Notes: a model not told the origin generated them from the letters alone. A stretch of 64,000 nt of DNA from the human T2T-CHM13v2.0 reference genome, Homo sapiens (GCF_009914755.1 NC_060941.1), one strand, 5' to 3'. Counted from the stretch's first letter, positions 26,268-41,761 are shown. A program made the numbers and translations.

Positions 26268-26410
26268 CCCCTGCCCCGGCTCCCCCAACCCCTGCCCCCG
26301 CTCCCCCCCCGCTCCCCCCACCCCCCGCCGCCCCGACTCCCCCCGCCCCGGCTCCCCCCGCACCTGCTCACCCAACCCCTGCTCACCCCGCCCCTGCTCA
26401 CCCCGCCGTC
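26268..26410. repeat. Very C-rich low-complexity tract (G-quadruplex potential on the minus strand, i-motif on the plus strand)
   Basis: More than 20 runs of C3 or longer in about 140 bp. Confidence 0.9.
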
Positions 26411-27241
26411 TCCGTCTAGTGAGTTTTGATGATGGGCTTTTCACTTGTGTTCAGCTTCAAGCTTTCTTTCTACTTCCATTGTGGTTCCCGGGGATGGCGG
26501 TCCAGCCACAATGACAGCAGCGCATGACAGGAGCCCAAAGACCCGAAACAGACGCAGGGCATCCGCCAAGGCAGTTCCCACCGGGCAACCCTGTGGGTGT
26601 GCTCCCAGCCTTGGCCAGCTGCTGCCTTGAGCACCTCTGGATAGAACGAGTCCAGAGCTTGCACCATGCCCTCCAGGGTATGGAGAACTGAAAGGTTCAC
26701 TACACAACAACCCAGACACGCCAGCTTAGCCCAGACACGCCAACTTGTTAATTTTCATTGAGAAATAACGTTGCAGCTTTGTGCATTTGGCTGTCCGCTA
26801 AAATATGCCAAGTGCCCAGAAAGCGCAGAGTTGACTCCGTATATTCGAGTATAAATCGAGGTATTGCCAAGTCACCAATGAAATATATTCTAACGTCACT
26901 TGTAAGATGTTTGTTTTGAACTGGAATACACTTTTTAAATAGAATTAATGTTACATATAGTGGTTAGGTTTCCAGGCTAGCCTGCAAGAGTCTTTTAAAA
27001 CCTGTCTGCAGAAATTCTACTTATAAATCTACAATGAAAAAAGGTATTTTAAAATTTTTTTTTAAGTACTAGAAAATGTAAATTCATAGTATTCTGTTTT
27101 GATTACACATTTCCCCTGGCCCCGGCCACAGCTCCTGTGAGTAGCTCTCTAGCGCCTCCAGCAGGTTAGTGCCACCTCTGCCCCAGTTCACGCTCATCAA
27201 GGTCAAGGTGATAGCTCCCTTCCGTCACGTGTAGGTTAGAG

Positions 27242-27540
27242 CAGGAGTCTGCAAACTCTTCCTGTGAAAGAGCTTTGCAGGTGGGACTGCCCCTTGGCAC
27301 TTCCCCAGCACTGCCATTGTGGTGCAAAAGTAGCCAGAGACCGCGTGTAGGTGAATGAACTTGGCCATGTTGCTATGTAACCGTGTGGACTGAAGTTTGA
27401 ATTTTGCGTAACTTCACATCACAAAATATTGTTCCTTTGATTTTTTTTTCAACCACTTAAAAAGTATAAGAACCATACACAGGCCATAGAAAAACAAGGC
27501 TGAGTTCAGCTCAGAGAGCCTGACAGTAGGGCACACCCTG
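27242..27540 (+). mobile_element. MER58-type (hAT-Charlie) DNA transposon relic
   Basis: Starts caggagtctgcaaact and ends caccctg; internal ctgccattgtggtgcaaaagtagcca and tttgattttttttcaaccacttaaaaa. Confidence 0.75.
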
Positions 27541-27976
27541 CCCGCACCCTGGCCTCCAAGGACACTCCTGTGAGTCAGAGGGCTTGGGATTCTTCCACGG
27601 ATTGGACAGATATTTTGACAGTGCCCCCACTGTGCATGCTGGGGCACAAAAGTACAGAACAGGCAAACCCAATGCCACCTGTGTCGAAGCCAGTACCATC
27701 GGCTCTGGGCATCTCCCACCCCTCCCTGCAGAAGTGGGCGTCCTCCCTCTGCAGCCAAGGGGACCGGCGTTTACTCAGGTTGACTCCTGGCCAGGAGTCG
27801 GGGACTCCTCTTTGTGCCCCAACACATCCTTCTCTCAGCCGGGCATCTGTGGCCGTCTCCTCCCCGCCTCGCAGCCACCTGGGCCAGCAGCTCTGGCCTG
27901 GTGGTCGCAGCTCTCTCCCGGGTCTCCCTGCTTCCACTGTGGCCCTCCTGGGGCCGTGTGCTCACTGTGGCCTTCC

Positions 27977-28263
<287 letters not shown>

Positions 28264-31190
28264 TTCTTCTTTCACAGGAAGCGACAGCAGCATCACCCCT
28301 CGGTGCTCACCTGGTGACCGTCTGCCAAGGGCCTGGTGGCCCCGCCACCCTACCTGGCCCATGCTCCATGGGGTTCTCGGTTCACTCTCGTCCCTCCACT
28401 CACACGTATCTGGCCATCAAGTAAGAATCAAAATAAAAAGTTGCACCTGGCCTGCAAGTGTGCAGAACCGCACCTTTTGTTGATCCAGGAAGCTCAAGCC
28501 AGGCAGTGTGGCGCTAGGTCACCATGGCACCATTGAGAGCTTCCGTCTGCAGGTCCCCACGCCCACAGCACCTCCCTTTCCCCCTGGGCATTTGGATACC
28601 ACGTGGGCATCTCCCCTTCTGCTGGCGAAGGCTACAGAAAGTTGACAGCTGTGGAGTTTCCAGGTGGCTGAACTTGCTGAGGCTGCTGTTTGCTGTGCGC
28701 GTGCCATGCCTGAGGCCCTGGGTGCTGTCCACAGGCAAGAGGGACTGCGGAGGCCCCGCCCAACTCCTGTGTGAAACTTAGCTCTTGTCTGTGATGAGTG
28801 AATGCCGTTGTTATCCTCGGTACTGGTCTCGGTGGAGTACAGGGCGAAGAATCGCAGTTTCATTTGAGGGCCACCCAGACGGGAAGCACACAGCAGCCTG
28901 GGGCCCGGACACAGGGGCTTGGCCTCCATGAGTTTTCTCCTCTGCCGGTTCTTTCTTTTCTGTCTTCTCGAAGGAGCTGGACTCCCCATTCCACCATCCT
29001 TCTTATACAATGTGATTCCTGACTTTCTTTTTTTTACTGGAGAAAACTGAGTTTTATTCGTATATCATTCAAATCTTAGGAAATTTGACAGGAAAGAGTT
29101 TCACAATGAGCTGGAGTTTAGGAAGGAAAGAAAACAAAGTCGCCCCCGCAAAGCCAGCCTCATTCATATTCAGTGAGGTGTCACTCACACCACCTGGAAA
29201 CCACCGTGCTTACCTAAGTGTTTAGAAGTCATAACTTACACAGAATCCCATTGTGCACAGCACTTCCCTGTTTCCAGCCAATTTCTTCTTTCATTTCAGC
29301 CAAAGAACAGCAATCTCTTTAGTCCTTTCAGTGAAGATTGCAGAGGCTTTCAGAACCATGGCAACCTGGAGAGTCCATGTCTCCCCATCTTTCCTGGTGC
29401 CCCAGAAGCCCTGCCCCAGCGCCTCCCCATCTTTCCTGGCCCCCCAGAAGCCCCACCCCCAGCACCCTCCCTGCTCTGCCTTCCCCAGAGCACTTGCATT
29501 CTTACACCCTCAATCACGTGTTTCCTTTCTTCCCCGTGGCAATGAAGCCCCTTGGCTGGTACTTGGCTTCCTTTGATCGCTGATGGAGCCCAGGTTCCCC
29601 CAGCAGTGCCTGGCCCTGGTGGGGCAGGATAAATGTTTGTGAAACTAAATGGGAACCCAGGTCTCAGCACTGTGTCAGGTTCTAGAATCTTCTTTGATGT
29701 CTCCATCCTGCTTGTTTCTCACTCAGCCCTTCGTCTGGCCTGACATCCACAAGAATCCCCTACCTCAATCCCTCCTATTTCCAGTGCCCCCATCCCACCA
29801 GGCCTCGTTGCCCTGGGTCTTGCTCTCTGCAGACCACAACTGGGCAGGCCCTCTTTCACACCAGCTCCTCACCACCCTCCAGGTGAAGCCTTCGTTAAAA
29901 CCGCATTTTCTGTAGAGGCCAAACCATTGTCTGACATTCAAGGCCTTCCTTCAGCCTCCTGCCCCCCGTCTCAGCAGCAGCCGCTCCACTGCACCTGCCC
30001 GCAGCACCCCTGGCTGGCCCCTGGCCCGGCCCCTCTGCCATCCGTGCAGCTCAGAGCCAGGTGGTCTTGCTGGGAGGTTGCCTGGCCCACCGCCAGGATC
30101 CCCATGTAGGTGCCTGACCCAGTACATCAAAGCATGATGTCGCCATTTTTACCACCACAGTCCTATAAAGTTGTTTCTTGCTAACGCATGGATGTGTGGA
30201 CACAGGCCTCACCTGTCCCGGCCCCCAGCCCATGCGTCTGCCCTCTGCACTTATCTGTGTTCCTGACGGCCACAAGTGGCCGTGGAGCTGCTCAGGATGG
30301 AAGGATGGCTGGAGACGGTCTGTGGCCTGTGTCCACATGTCCCGGGACCCAGCCTGAGGTGCCCTCCTCACCCCCAGACACCCATGCATGTGGCCCCACA
30401 CCATGTCACTCCCACGCTCATCCGTCCAGCCCCAGCTCCCAGCTAGAGTGCAGTCCCATGGGGGACCACGCTGCTGTGTGCTCCACCCGCCTTCCCTCCC
30501 GAAACCCTGCGTCTCGGCCAGAGTCCAAGCACACCCGTGCTGAGAGGCGAGGCGGGAGTTAATTCTGCTCGGGACTCTGGTGGCCTGAGAAGGCTCTTCC
30601 CGCAGAAACAGCCTCATCCCGAGAGCGCTGGCAGGAACGCAGATCAGAGGCCTGGGCTAGATGGGACCAGTTTTCACGACTCTGCTAGATACGGTGACAT
30701 TTTTTACGGTTTTGAAAATGAGTTACCATAGAAATGGATCCAGGATGGACTAATGCAAGGGAGGGGAGGGCGAGAAAGGAACACAGCCCTGCGGAGCCTG
30801 GAGCCGGCCCTGGTGCAGCTGTGGCAAGCGCCCTGCTCACCCAGAGGAGGAGCTGGGGGCCCTGGCCAGCGGCAGAGCCAGAAGCCCCGCAGGCCGCCTG
30901 TGCTCTCCACACCTGAACACGGGATTCTGCGGGAGAGCTGGTGTCAAGTCCTGACCCCTCTACTTCGTTCCGAATCTGGGAGCCAGAACTACTGCCTTTG
31001 GAGGAAAGAGGAGCCCGGAGACCCGAGCCCAGAAACTGGGGCACTGCCCGGCTCCTGGGAGGCCACAGAACAGTGGCGGCCCCTGCACCCCAGGCCTGCC
31101 CAGGCCTCTCAGCCGCACACATTGCGGCCGGCTGCACTGCGGCATCATTGGTGTTCACAGGACGGGCCATAGCAACTGCTTCTCCCTTGG

Positions 31191-31305
31191 TTTATTTTTT
31201 AATGTTTCTTAAAGACGGGGTTTCGCTGTGTTGCCCAGGCTGGCCTCGAACTCTTGGGCTCAAGCAATCCTCCCACCTCACCTTCTTGGGTACCTAGAAC
31301 TACAG
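31191..31305 (-). mobile_element. Alu monomer (FLAM-like)
   Basis: agacggggtttcgctgtgttgcccaggctggcctcgaactcttgggctcaagcaatcc. Confidence 0.85.
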
Positions 31306-32641
31306 TTTCCTTCCTTTTTTCCAAGGCATCGAGAAGCTGAAAGAGTCCTTACAAGCCCCGCGTGCAGCTCCAGAGACCCCCAGTAGTGAGTTCCGGCCAG
31401 GCCTCGAGGTCTGGGTTTCAGGGCAGAGAAGGTATTGGTTTCTGCCTTTGCAGAAAAAAAGCCTGGTGCTCGCTCAACCAAAAGAAAAGCTAGGCAGGGT
31501 TTTTGCCAAAGGAACTGTGTAGGTTTGGAAGGAAAAGGCTTCACAACCCAGAAACTGGAGTTACTCTTGTCAGAAGACAGTGGTGAGAAAATGAACAACA
31601 GTTTTCCAATGCTACAGGATTATGTTTTTAGGGCAAAAGTCCTTAACTAAAGGCCATTATGATGTTTGTCTCGTAGGGGTACTGAATATGCTGAGAAAAC
31701 GATGCAGACGCACCGCCCACCCGGCCCGGGAGGTGCTGCGTCTTCCCTGTGGGCAGCTGCAGGGCCCACGGCTCCGGCCGGCCCAGGAGGAGGGAGGGCG
31801 GAGCGGCTGGTCAGCGTGATTCTCGTAACAGCCACACCGAGTTGTGGGTGCAGCCCCTGAGGGGTCAGGAGGGGTCACAGGAAAGGGGCCGCTGCGGAAG
31901 CCCTCGGCCTGGGGCACTGGTTCCCCAGGATGGCAGAGGGTCTTGGCCATCACAGACTGGGTGAGCACATCAGAGGGCGTAACCCGCTCTGCCAACCCCT
32001 CAGCCTTGGGGTGGCGGCTGGCAGCTGTCACCTGCAGGAAGACTCTGTCTTCTCTGAACTGCTCCGACAGCCGGGGAGCTTCTGGGATTCAGAGTCAGCC
32101 AGAGCTCTGAGTAAATTTCCCCGCCGTGTATGCTATTTGGAAAGCTGTGGCCATTGGGCTCTGAACAATAACTTCTAAAACCATTCATTATGATCTTTTA
32201 TTACTTTTAGTCTAGACATGAAAATAGGTTCTCCGTGCTTACAGGGAGTTCTGTGAGTGCCAGCAGGGGCCCTTTCTAAGCTCAACATCCCCGGTCCCTG
32301 ACTCCCTGCCGGGCAGGACCCAGGCAGCCCCACCTCCTTCCTGGTGGACTCGAATCCGATGGGAAGTTCTCTGCGGTCTGTTTTGGGGACTGGCAGATTT
32401 TACAACAGGACAGTTCATACAACGGAGCCTGAGAGAAGATTGTGGCCAAACCAGGGAAAGACGTGAAATAAAGACAGCAGTTCCGTGATCACAGCGTCAT
32501 ACTTTTTACTAGTACATAGTTATAAAATCCACTGTCACTAAAAAGACTGGCAAAAATTAGATTTTTTTTTCCCCTGTTGAGTCGCAAACAGTATTTCGAC
32601 TTTGATATAAGTGGAAGTCTGCACGAAGGTCGACAACAATA

Positions 32642-32911
32642 GCGTTGGCCCTCGGTACGCGTGGGGGACTCAAGGGCCCAGGGCCCACGACGCTCAGTCC
32701 TGCTAGGAAAGGCGTGACAGCTGTGCATCCCCCACACACATCCCCCATCGTGCTTGCATCTTCTCTAGTTTCCTTATAATACCAAACCCAGCACAGTGTG
32801 TCAACAGTGGTTATGCTCTCTTGTTTTTTTTTATGTGTATTACTTTTTGTTTTGTTTTCAAATATTTTCGATCTGCGGTTGGTTGAATCCATGGATGTAG
32901 AGGGCCAACTG
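32642..32911 (+). mobile_element. MER2-type (TcMar-Tigger) DNA transposon relic
   Basis: Inverted ends gttggccctc / gagggccaactg flanked by TA; internal aaatattttcgatctgcggttggttgaatccatggatg. Confidence 0.82.
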
Positions 32912-32946
32912 TAATAAAAATCTGTTTTTAAAAATTAGATGAAAGT

Positions 32947-33255
32947 GGCCAGGCGCAGTGGCGCATGCCAGTAATCCCAGCACTTTGGGAGGCCAAGGCA
33001 GGTGGATCACGAGGTCAGGAGATCAAGACCATCCTGCCTAACACGGTGAAACCCGTCTCTACTAAAAATACAAAAAAAAAAAAAAAAAATTAGCTGGGCG
33101 TGGTGGTGGGCACCTGTAGTCCCAGCTCCTCAGGAGGCTAAGGCAGGAGAATGGCATGAACCCAGGAGGCAGAGCTTGCAGTGAGCCGGGATCGCGCTGC
33201 TGCACTCCAGCCTGGGCGACAGAGCGAGACTCTGTCTCAAAAAAAAAAAAAAAAA
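32947..33255 (+). mobile_element. AluY with TSD ttagatgaaagt and an expanded central A-linker
   Basis: ggagaatggcatgaacccaggaggcagagcttgcagtgagc; direct repeats on both flanks. Confidence 0.95.
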
Positions 33256-34376
33256 GTTAGATGAAAGTAGCAGCTAATACATCTCACACACACCCCCACC
33301 CCGCCCTGCACATTGCCAGGGTCCTTACCTGGAGTGTCCTGTGGAGCCCTGACCTAGACCCCGGGTGTCCGCGTCTGTGGCCCCCACATTGTGGGTGAGG
33401 CTTGAGCAGCCACCAGCCTGCACCCTCCTCGCAGTCTGCCAGGGCCGCCGGGAGTCGGGGGCCTCCTGCCGTGCCTGCCCTGGGTTCCGGGCTTGCCCAG
33501 TGCCCTATTCTTCACAGTGGCCTGGTCCTCACCCCCGGGTCTTGTGAGGAGGGTTCTCATATAAGGCCAGCTGCCCCTCACAGCCCCTTCACGGGGCAGT
33601 CGAGCCTCGTGGGGAGCTGCTTCAATGCCTCACTCAGCTGTGGGGAGCCCAGGACCCCAGAATAATCAAGGGGAGTGGGTCTCAGGTGGGCAGTCATCAA
33701 CGGGCATCTTACGGGGCCATCCTGTCACCCATGTTAGAGAGTGTCGTGGAGCTAGGCGGTAGCGAACTTCGCCAGTGAGGCCGCATCTCCTCCTCACCAG
33801 GGCCTGTCGCGGGAGGGAATTCAAAGCCAAATCTCCTAGCCCACCCACCCACTCTAAAAAAAAAAAATGAGGACGCAGCCATCGCCGATGTCCTTGTGTT
33901 GCACGGAGCAGTTCCTAGGAGCCGGCTCCGCTGGGGTAGAGGAGACTCTAGGGATGTTCCTACAGTCTGGACCGATTTTACATTTCCGAGACTTGCTTGT
34001 GGATCTACACGGCTATCGCAGAGCTGTGCAATCTGAGAGCTGGAAGGCTTCGGTTCTGTCCCAGTACACGCGGTGCAGGACCACGGTTGAGCAGAAGGTG
34101 CATCTGCGTGGCACCGTGGCGCTGAAGTCCAGGTGTGCTTGGGCCCTAGGCTCCCAAGACGTTCCCACTGCCTCCTCCTGGGCACAAGGCTCAAGCACAG
34201 GGACCGCCGGCCAGGCACACATGTGCATGGGCAAGACCCGCAGGGGACGTGTCCCTGGGAAGAATGCTTCCTTTGGTTGAAGGCTGTAAACTCGCCCTGT
34301 GAGGTGAGACATGTCAGCTCCCAGAAAAGGTCCCAGCCTCTCATGATTCACGCCAGCACAGGCAGCACAGCAGCAG

Positions 34377-34439
34377 AGCGTGACCTCCTAGATGGCAGCG
34401 TGACCTCCTAGATGGCAGCGTGACCTCCTAGATGGCAGC
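34377..34439. repeat. Perfect 20-bp x3 tandem repeat tgacctcctagatggcagcg
   Basis: Read directly from line 34381. Confidence 0.97.
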
Positions 34440-36453
34440 TGAGCTCAATTCCACACGGCTCAGTCCTGGAGACAATCACTCACTGCAACACGCATTCCTC
34501 ATGGGGGCCTCTTCAGGAGCCACGGGCATGGGGCTTCCCTGACCTCTGCACTCACGGTGGGGGCGCGCACAGCAGGGGTAGACACTGGCCCGCCATATCT
34601 GGAGCTGAAGTAGAGCCCGTCTTGGGCTCGCTTAGCGGAGACCATAGGTGGAGGTGAGCCAGTGGCCTCAGGCATCTGCAGAACCCACGCACACATTGAC
34701 TTTCGCACCCGCCTCCATCTCCGTGGACTTGACTGTGTCGTGCAAAACCCACTCCACGTGCGCAGCTGTGTTCCTGCAGTGACACGAGGCCCTCCACTGG
34801 CTTTCGATGCTTCAGCTCTTTCACCAACAATCAGGTGGACTGGAATCACACCTCACTCGAAACCCTTTGAATCTCTATTTAGTGAACAAGCACTTGCTTC
34901 TCAGCAAATTGTCTAGCTTCCCCAAAAATAAAGAAGATGGAGTTCTGTGTGGCTGGATCCCTTTTCAGCTCCCAGCACTGAGGGCAGGGCCCTGTCTGCC
35001 TCCGCCTCTGGGTTGAAGCCTGGCAGTAAACTGGCACTCCTGGTGCCCGCAGGCAGGGGAGGCAGCGCCTGGCCCCGCTCTGCCCTCCACGCTCAGCGCC
35101 TCTGGTCCTCGGCCCAGCCCTTGCTGGACATGCAGCCTCTACCAGGATTGCTGCTTCCCTTCTCGGCCTCTCTGGGTCCAGCGTGGCGTGGACAACAGTT
35201 CGGCAATGCCTGCTCCATCAGCCTCCTCCCTGGCCTCAGCCAATGCTGACTGTGCCAGGAGCCCACATAGCCCGTGCCTGCCCCCCCTTCTGGTTTCCAA
35301 GTGCTCACAGCCTCCACCCCACAATCTCTGATTGGCTCCTGCAGGCTTCCGTCAGGTATCCCCCAAGGCTCCGCGTCCCCATCACCTCCGTGTTTTATTG
35401 TTCAATGTCTTAGATCTTGTTTGTGCTACCCCCTCTCGCTCCACCCCTCCTTTGCCCAGAGAATGATCCTCCTTCCCTTCAAAGCCCAGCTCCTTCGTGC
35501 CTCTTCCACCAGGCCTTCCTGGCCTTCACTTCCTAGCCCACTGCTGACAGAAGGAGTCACTCTCGCTCCTTCCTGCATCTCCCTGAGGCCGCACGCTGTC
35601 GTGGACGTAGCATGGCTCAAAGGTTTGATGGGTGTGCGTTCACATCCTTCATCCTCTGGGCCTCACCTTCCTTGGCGACGCTGGGGGTAACACCTGCCTG
35701 TAGGATTGCTGGGGAATTAAATAGGACCGAGCAGCCGCACCGACGAATCCTCACCGACGAAGCCTCAGCACTTCCCTCCATGCCCACGACTCACCAGTGT
35801 TATTTATAAATGAGTCTGAGTCCCTGCTGGGTCCTGCCTTGTCTGTCTTTGTATCCGAGTATGCAGCACAGAACCTTGCATTGAGTGTTGGGTGAGTCGG
35901 GAGAGGCTTAGGGACAAAAGTCACAGCACATCAACCTTTCGTGAAGTCCTAGCATCTCAGAGCAGGGCCAGTGCCTGGAGGTGGACAGGAAGCACGTGGA
36001 GGTGGGCAGGAAGCACTCCCTGGGTCACAGTGCACAGCAGCACGTGCTGAACTTGGTGCAGTGCAGACGTCCATGCCACATGCACCACTACCCATGGGCT
36101 GCGGCAGCTCCTAGAAATCTAGGATGTGACATCAGACGCTCCTCCGGGAGTGTGGTCATGCCCTCCGATCCACTGAGGCATTTCAAGGAAAGTTACACCC
36201 TTTCCAACGCAGTTTTCCTTTTAGAAAGATTTGGCCTCAGTAGATGAATCCATGTGATCAAGCCTAGTGATCAGCTAGGATTCTTGAATCTCGGGACCCG
36301 TTGCCAGAATAACAAAATGGGGGCTTCCTGTAACCTCGGCTCTTTAAAGCAACACTTCTGATACCAGGGTTAGGGTTTCAGAAAATGCAGCCGCCTTAGG
36401 AGCCTCATTGGCAGCTACTTTCCACTAAAACATCTTCCATTTCTCTCTCTCAG

Positions 36454-36572
36454 GAGTTTCCTTTAACAGTGTTTACACTCAGATTTGGAGAGTCCTGCTG
36501 CACCTGGCTGCTGACCCCTATCCAGAGGTCTCGGACGTGGCCATGAAAGTACTCAACAGCATCGCCTACAAG
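36454..36572 (+). CDS. RPTOR: RPTOR coding exon (about exon 21), (G)VSFNSVYTQIWRVLLHLAADPYPEVSDVAMKVLNSIAYK, 119 nt, phase 1-0
   Basis: Acceptor ttctctctctcag|GA, donor AAG|gtacgt. It is missing from the + strand ORF track and was translated by hand. Confidence 0.96.
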
Positions 36573-36874
36573 GTACGTGCCGGGCGCTCCCCACCGCGCT
36601 CCAGCTGCTGGTTCTCGGTTACGAGTATGCATGCCAGGAACTCCAGGTATGCCCGGGTCCACACCACGGTTTAGAAAGTAACGAAACGAGCTTCAGCAAA
36701 TATCTTAAATCTGGAGATGTACACAGTACACCCCAAACTGTGTCTGTGCAGCTCCCACGTGGGCAGAGGGTGCTGGATTTACTGATGCCTGTCAAAGCAA
36801 TTAGGGGAGGACTGCCATTATCTTTCAGGATCCTCTGGTGTCTGGGTGAGCTACAGTGCTGGCCCTTCTTCCAT

Positions 36875-37310
<436 letters not shown>

Positions 37311-37394
37311 ACTTTTCTTCCCTTTCTGATAGCAGTAATTTTTGACTCATTCAGAACCCTTCTAGTTAATGGTTTCTTATTCATGGCCATTCTA

Positions 37395-37600
37395 GCTCAA
37401 GGGAACTTTTCAAAGAATCAGTTTTTGGTTTCATTGGTTTTTCTCTGTTGTTTGTCCATTTTCCATTTGATTGATTGAGCTTTCATCAATAAAGCTTGCT
37501 TTCTTCTGCTTACTTTGAGTTTAATTTGCTCTTCTCATCCTAGTTTCTTAAGGTAGAAGCAGAGGTCATTGATTTTAGTCCTTTCTCTTTGGGGACTGTA
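37395..37600 (-). mobile_element. L1 ORF2 fragment, antisense
   Basis: ttttcaaagaatcagtttttggtttcattggtttttctctgttg is the reverse complement of the L1 KINETKSWFFE region. Confidence 0.7.
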
Positions 37601-38432
37601 AACTCTTCTCAGTCCCTTTTGTGAGCTCTGGGCATTTGGCCTACCGCCTTCCCGCTGTTTTTTCTCTGCCTCATGGGTTGTCACTCTACCCTTGAGCAGA
37701 TGAATACTTAGTCAAAGACCCCAGGGGCCTCTCCTGCAGACCTTGGAAGCTTTCCCCTCTCCAGTGCTCTGTCCTGCAAATTGTCACCACCTCAGCCTCC
37801 CTGGAGCCCCAGTCTCTGTCTCCTGTTCCCTGAAAGTGCTGGGCTCCCCGTCTCTGCACTGTGGCCTGGGACTGCCTGAAACTACCTGCAAGCCGGACAC
37901 AGGGCAGCTGTTTATTTCCGTTCTCTCAGGGATCACAGGCCCGTGACACCCAGCACCCAGTGTCCAAAAACAATTGTTTACGGTATTTGTCCTGGTTTTC
38001 TAGTTGCTTATGGAAGTTGGATGATTTATGTGGAATTAGAAGTCACTCATTATAGCACTTAAAAATTTTTTGGTAACTTTTTGATAAAACTTCAAAAGCT
38101 TACAGAAATGTTGCAGGAAGAATGCAGGGAAAGGCCACACTCTTGCAGCCTCTGTGGTGTTCTACGTCTTCATCTGACCTCGTCACGGCTATGGCGTTGC
38201 CTCGGGTATCACTCAGTGCCAGGGTCTGCAGGGTCGAGGAGCCACGGCTTCCCATCCTAGTCCATCGCTTTTTCCAAATGAGCTATCGACTCTCCCCCTC
38301 TCATTTGCTGTGGCCTTCTGGGTCCTGGCCGGCCATCGAGCCAGGGTTCCTGCAGCTCCTCAGCTCCTTTTGCTGATATTATACTTCTGTGGCTTTCGGT
38401 TCCTTCAACTAAGTTATTTTCTGTTGGTCTAG

Positions 38433-38773
<341 letters not shown>

Positions 38774-39142
38774 TGTTCTTTATAGTATCACAGGTATAGT
38801 CACAAGTAGCCTATTGGCCAACTTGGAAAGGTCCAGATTGTTTAATTCTGCACCGGCCTCCCCTCCTGCAGCGGACTCTGCCACTTCCTTCGTCACCGCA
38901 TCCCTGCAGCGGATTCTGCCACCTCCTTCGTCACCGTGTGGTGTGGCCAGCTGCACGGGCACCTGGAGACGTTCATCCCCAGGCAGCAGGCCATCTCCTC
39001 AGGTTTCTTTTATGTGCTACTGGCCTGTTGAAAATAGCCAGTCAATTAAGTTAATGTTTTCATTATGCGGTAAGAAAACTAAGAAATAATATAATTATTT
39101 GCTTTTAAACTAGGAATAAGATAAATACAAAAATAAACCTCA

Positions 39143-39456
<314 letters not shown>

Positions 39457-40635
39457 TTACACATTATGGTCTGAGACCAAGAAGGGGAGGCAGTAAAGCA
39501 GACAGGAAGGAAATAAGGAAGAAAAGAAAGTCGTAAGACTGCACAAACACCCCTGAGGAAACCACCCACGGAGGCCCCAGACCAGAGCAACCGGTCCCGA
39601 GGCCTCTCAGATGAGCTGATGCTCTGGAGGATTGGGACTGAAACCGTCACATCTGCCTGCTACGGATTAGGGAAAATCAGTTCTTACCACTTACCACTGC
39701 ACTTTTAGACTCTAAATAGCCTCTACCACTTTTAGTTTAAGATTTCAAGGTTGGGTTTTAAATAGCCGTTTTCACTAAAATAATTGTAAAAGCTTTTTAC
39801 GAACATTAATAAATGGTTTAAGTTTTTAGAATTGATGGCCAGTTCGCGTCTCTGCTGGCAGTTCTCTGACACACAGGAGTGTCTGGTGGCCTCTTCTTTT
39901 CTCTTGGAGGCACAGGATGGCTGTGGCCATGGACCACCCTTGCTCTGTCCTGACTGCACAGTTGGAGGCCAGCGCTATTTAGGAGGTTTGATCGTTTTCC
40001 CCCAATTAATTTAGCTTCTTGGGTATTTTGATCATGATGAAATCAGTATTCAGCCTATTTAAGTTTATTTTTCAGTGGCTTTTGTGTATTTAACCTTACT
40101 GAAAAATTAGCCTGAATTATTTTAAACTGTAATCCGAGTGCCTAATCTTGAAATATAAGGACTATTAAGTGCGTTCCTGTGGACCTGGCCTCCAGTTGTT
40201 AAATAGCTCCTCTTGGGAAGCTCTCGAGCCTGTGTAGCACAGAAGCCACTGCTCTCTGCTCTTCAGCAAACGTCCCAGCACAGCCTCCACAGCCCAGCGC
40301 CCTTTTGGATTGTGTGTGACATGTAGTGTAGCTGGACGGCCCGCCCCCCTCTCCCACCACGGTAAGGCAGTTAAGCACCTGCGTCTGCCTTTCATGTTAG
40401 CAGGTTATAGCAACTCGAACACACGGCTTTGTCGTGCTATCCGATTGAGACCCAGAAACCGCCATAAAAGTGGCATTTGCCTTCTGTGCCTGCTTTGCCG
40501 TTCTAGAATGACACAGAGACCTTAAGGCACATGGCCATCACTCCAGCAGACATGCCACAGCCAGAGGGGTGGAGAAGGTCAAGAGAAGGCCTCTGCTAGA
40601 GACCTTGCTATGCATAGCACAATGCAGCATGAGCT

Positions 40636-40702
40636 TGTGTGTGTGTGTCTGTGTGCGTGTGTGTGCACGCGTGTGTGTGTGTCTGAGTGTATATGTGTGT
40701 GG
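40636..40702. repeat. Imperfect (TG)n microsatellite
   Basis: Read directly. Confidence 0.9.
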
Positions 40703-41091
40703 GTTTAAGAGTAAACATTGCTACTAAAGCATTTGGAAGCATAAATCTTTCTTGTCTTCATTTTAATTTCAAGAAATGCCTTATTTTCCTGCTCTAGGAA
40801 CTGAAGGGATTACATTTCATTTTACAGAGAAACGAGCCTATTTTAGATATTTAACTCTGAAGCCAAATTTTTGTTCATCAGAGTCTAAAACAGCCTTATT
40901 ACTATGGAATGCCCTGTAGAATTCTATATTCAAATACAGAAATTGCCACCAGCTCTGTATGAGAGAACCCACACAGCTCCAGAGCTGTGGTCTGATTTCA
41001 TGTATTTATAATATATTTCGATTCCCATTCCATGGGCTTGGGGTTTTCATTTTGCTTTTAGCTCCCTTTTCTCTTGGTTTAGTTTTGGGGG

Positions 41092-41395
<304 letters not shown>

Positions 41396-41761
41396 TGCTT
41401 TTAGGTTTTTTTAAGGAAAATTTCAGACTATGTAGAAGTAGAAAAAAGAGACTGATGCCCCTCAGGAGCCTGCCTGTGGCCCCAGCAGTTCTCACCTCAG
41501 TGGTTTTAGGACAATGCCAAGAAAGAACCTTCAAGCCACAGGTGGTCACCTGTCAGGGCACATGTTCTCATGATCACTGCTTATATTATAATTTATGAGA
41601 AAACGTGTGAGCATAAATGCACAAACTCACCTAGAAGCACCGCTGCAGCCTCTTGATACTGTGAAGAGTGTGTGTGCATGTGCGCTGGCCGCTGCCTCTG
41701 TTGCAGGACTCATGCATGCAGACGGAGATGAGAAAGGGGTGTACTTAACGAAAGGTCAAAT

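Noticed and set aside
36366-36378. Telomere-like agggttaggg
   Set aside because: Fewer than two full units, consistent with chance.
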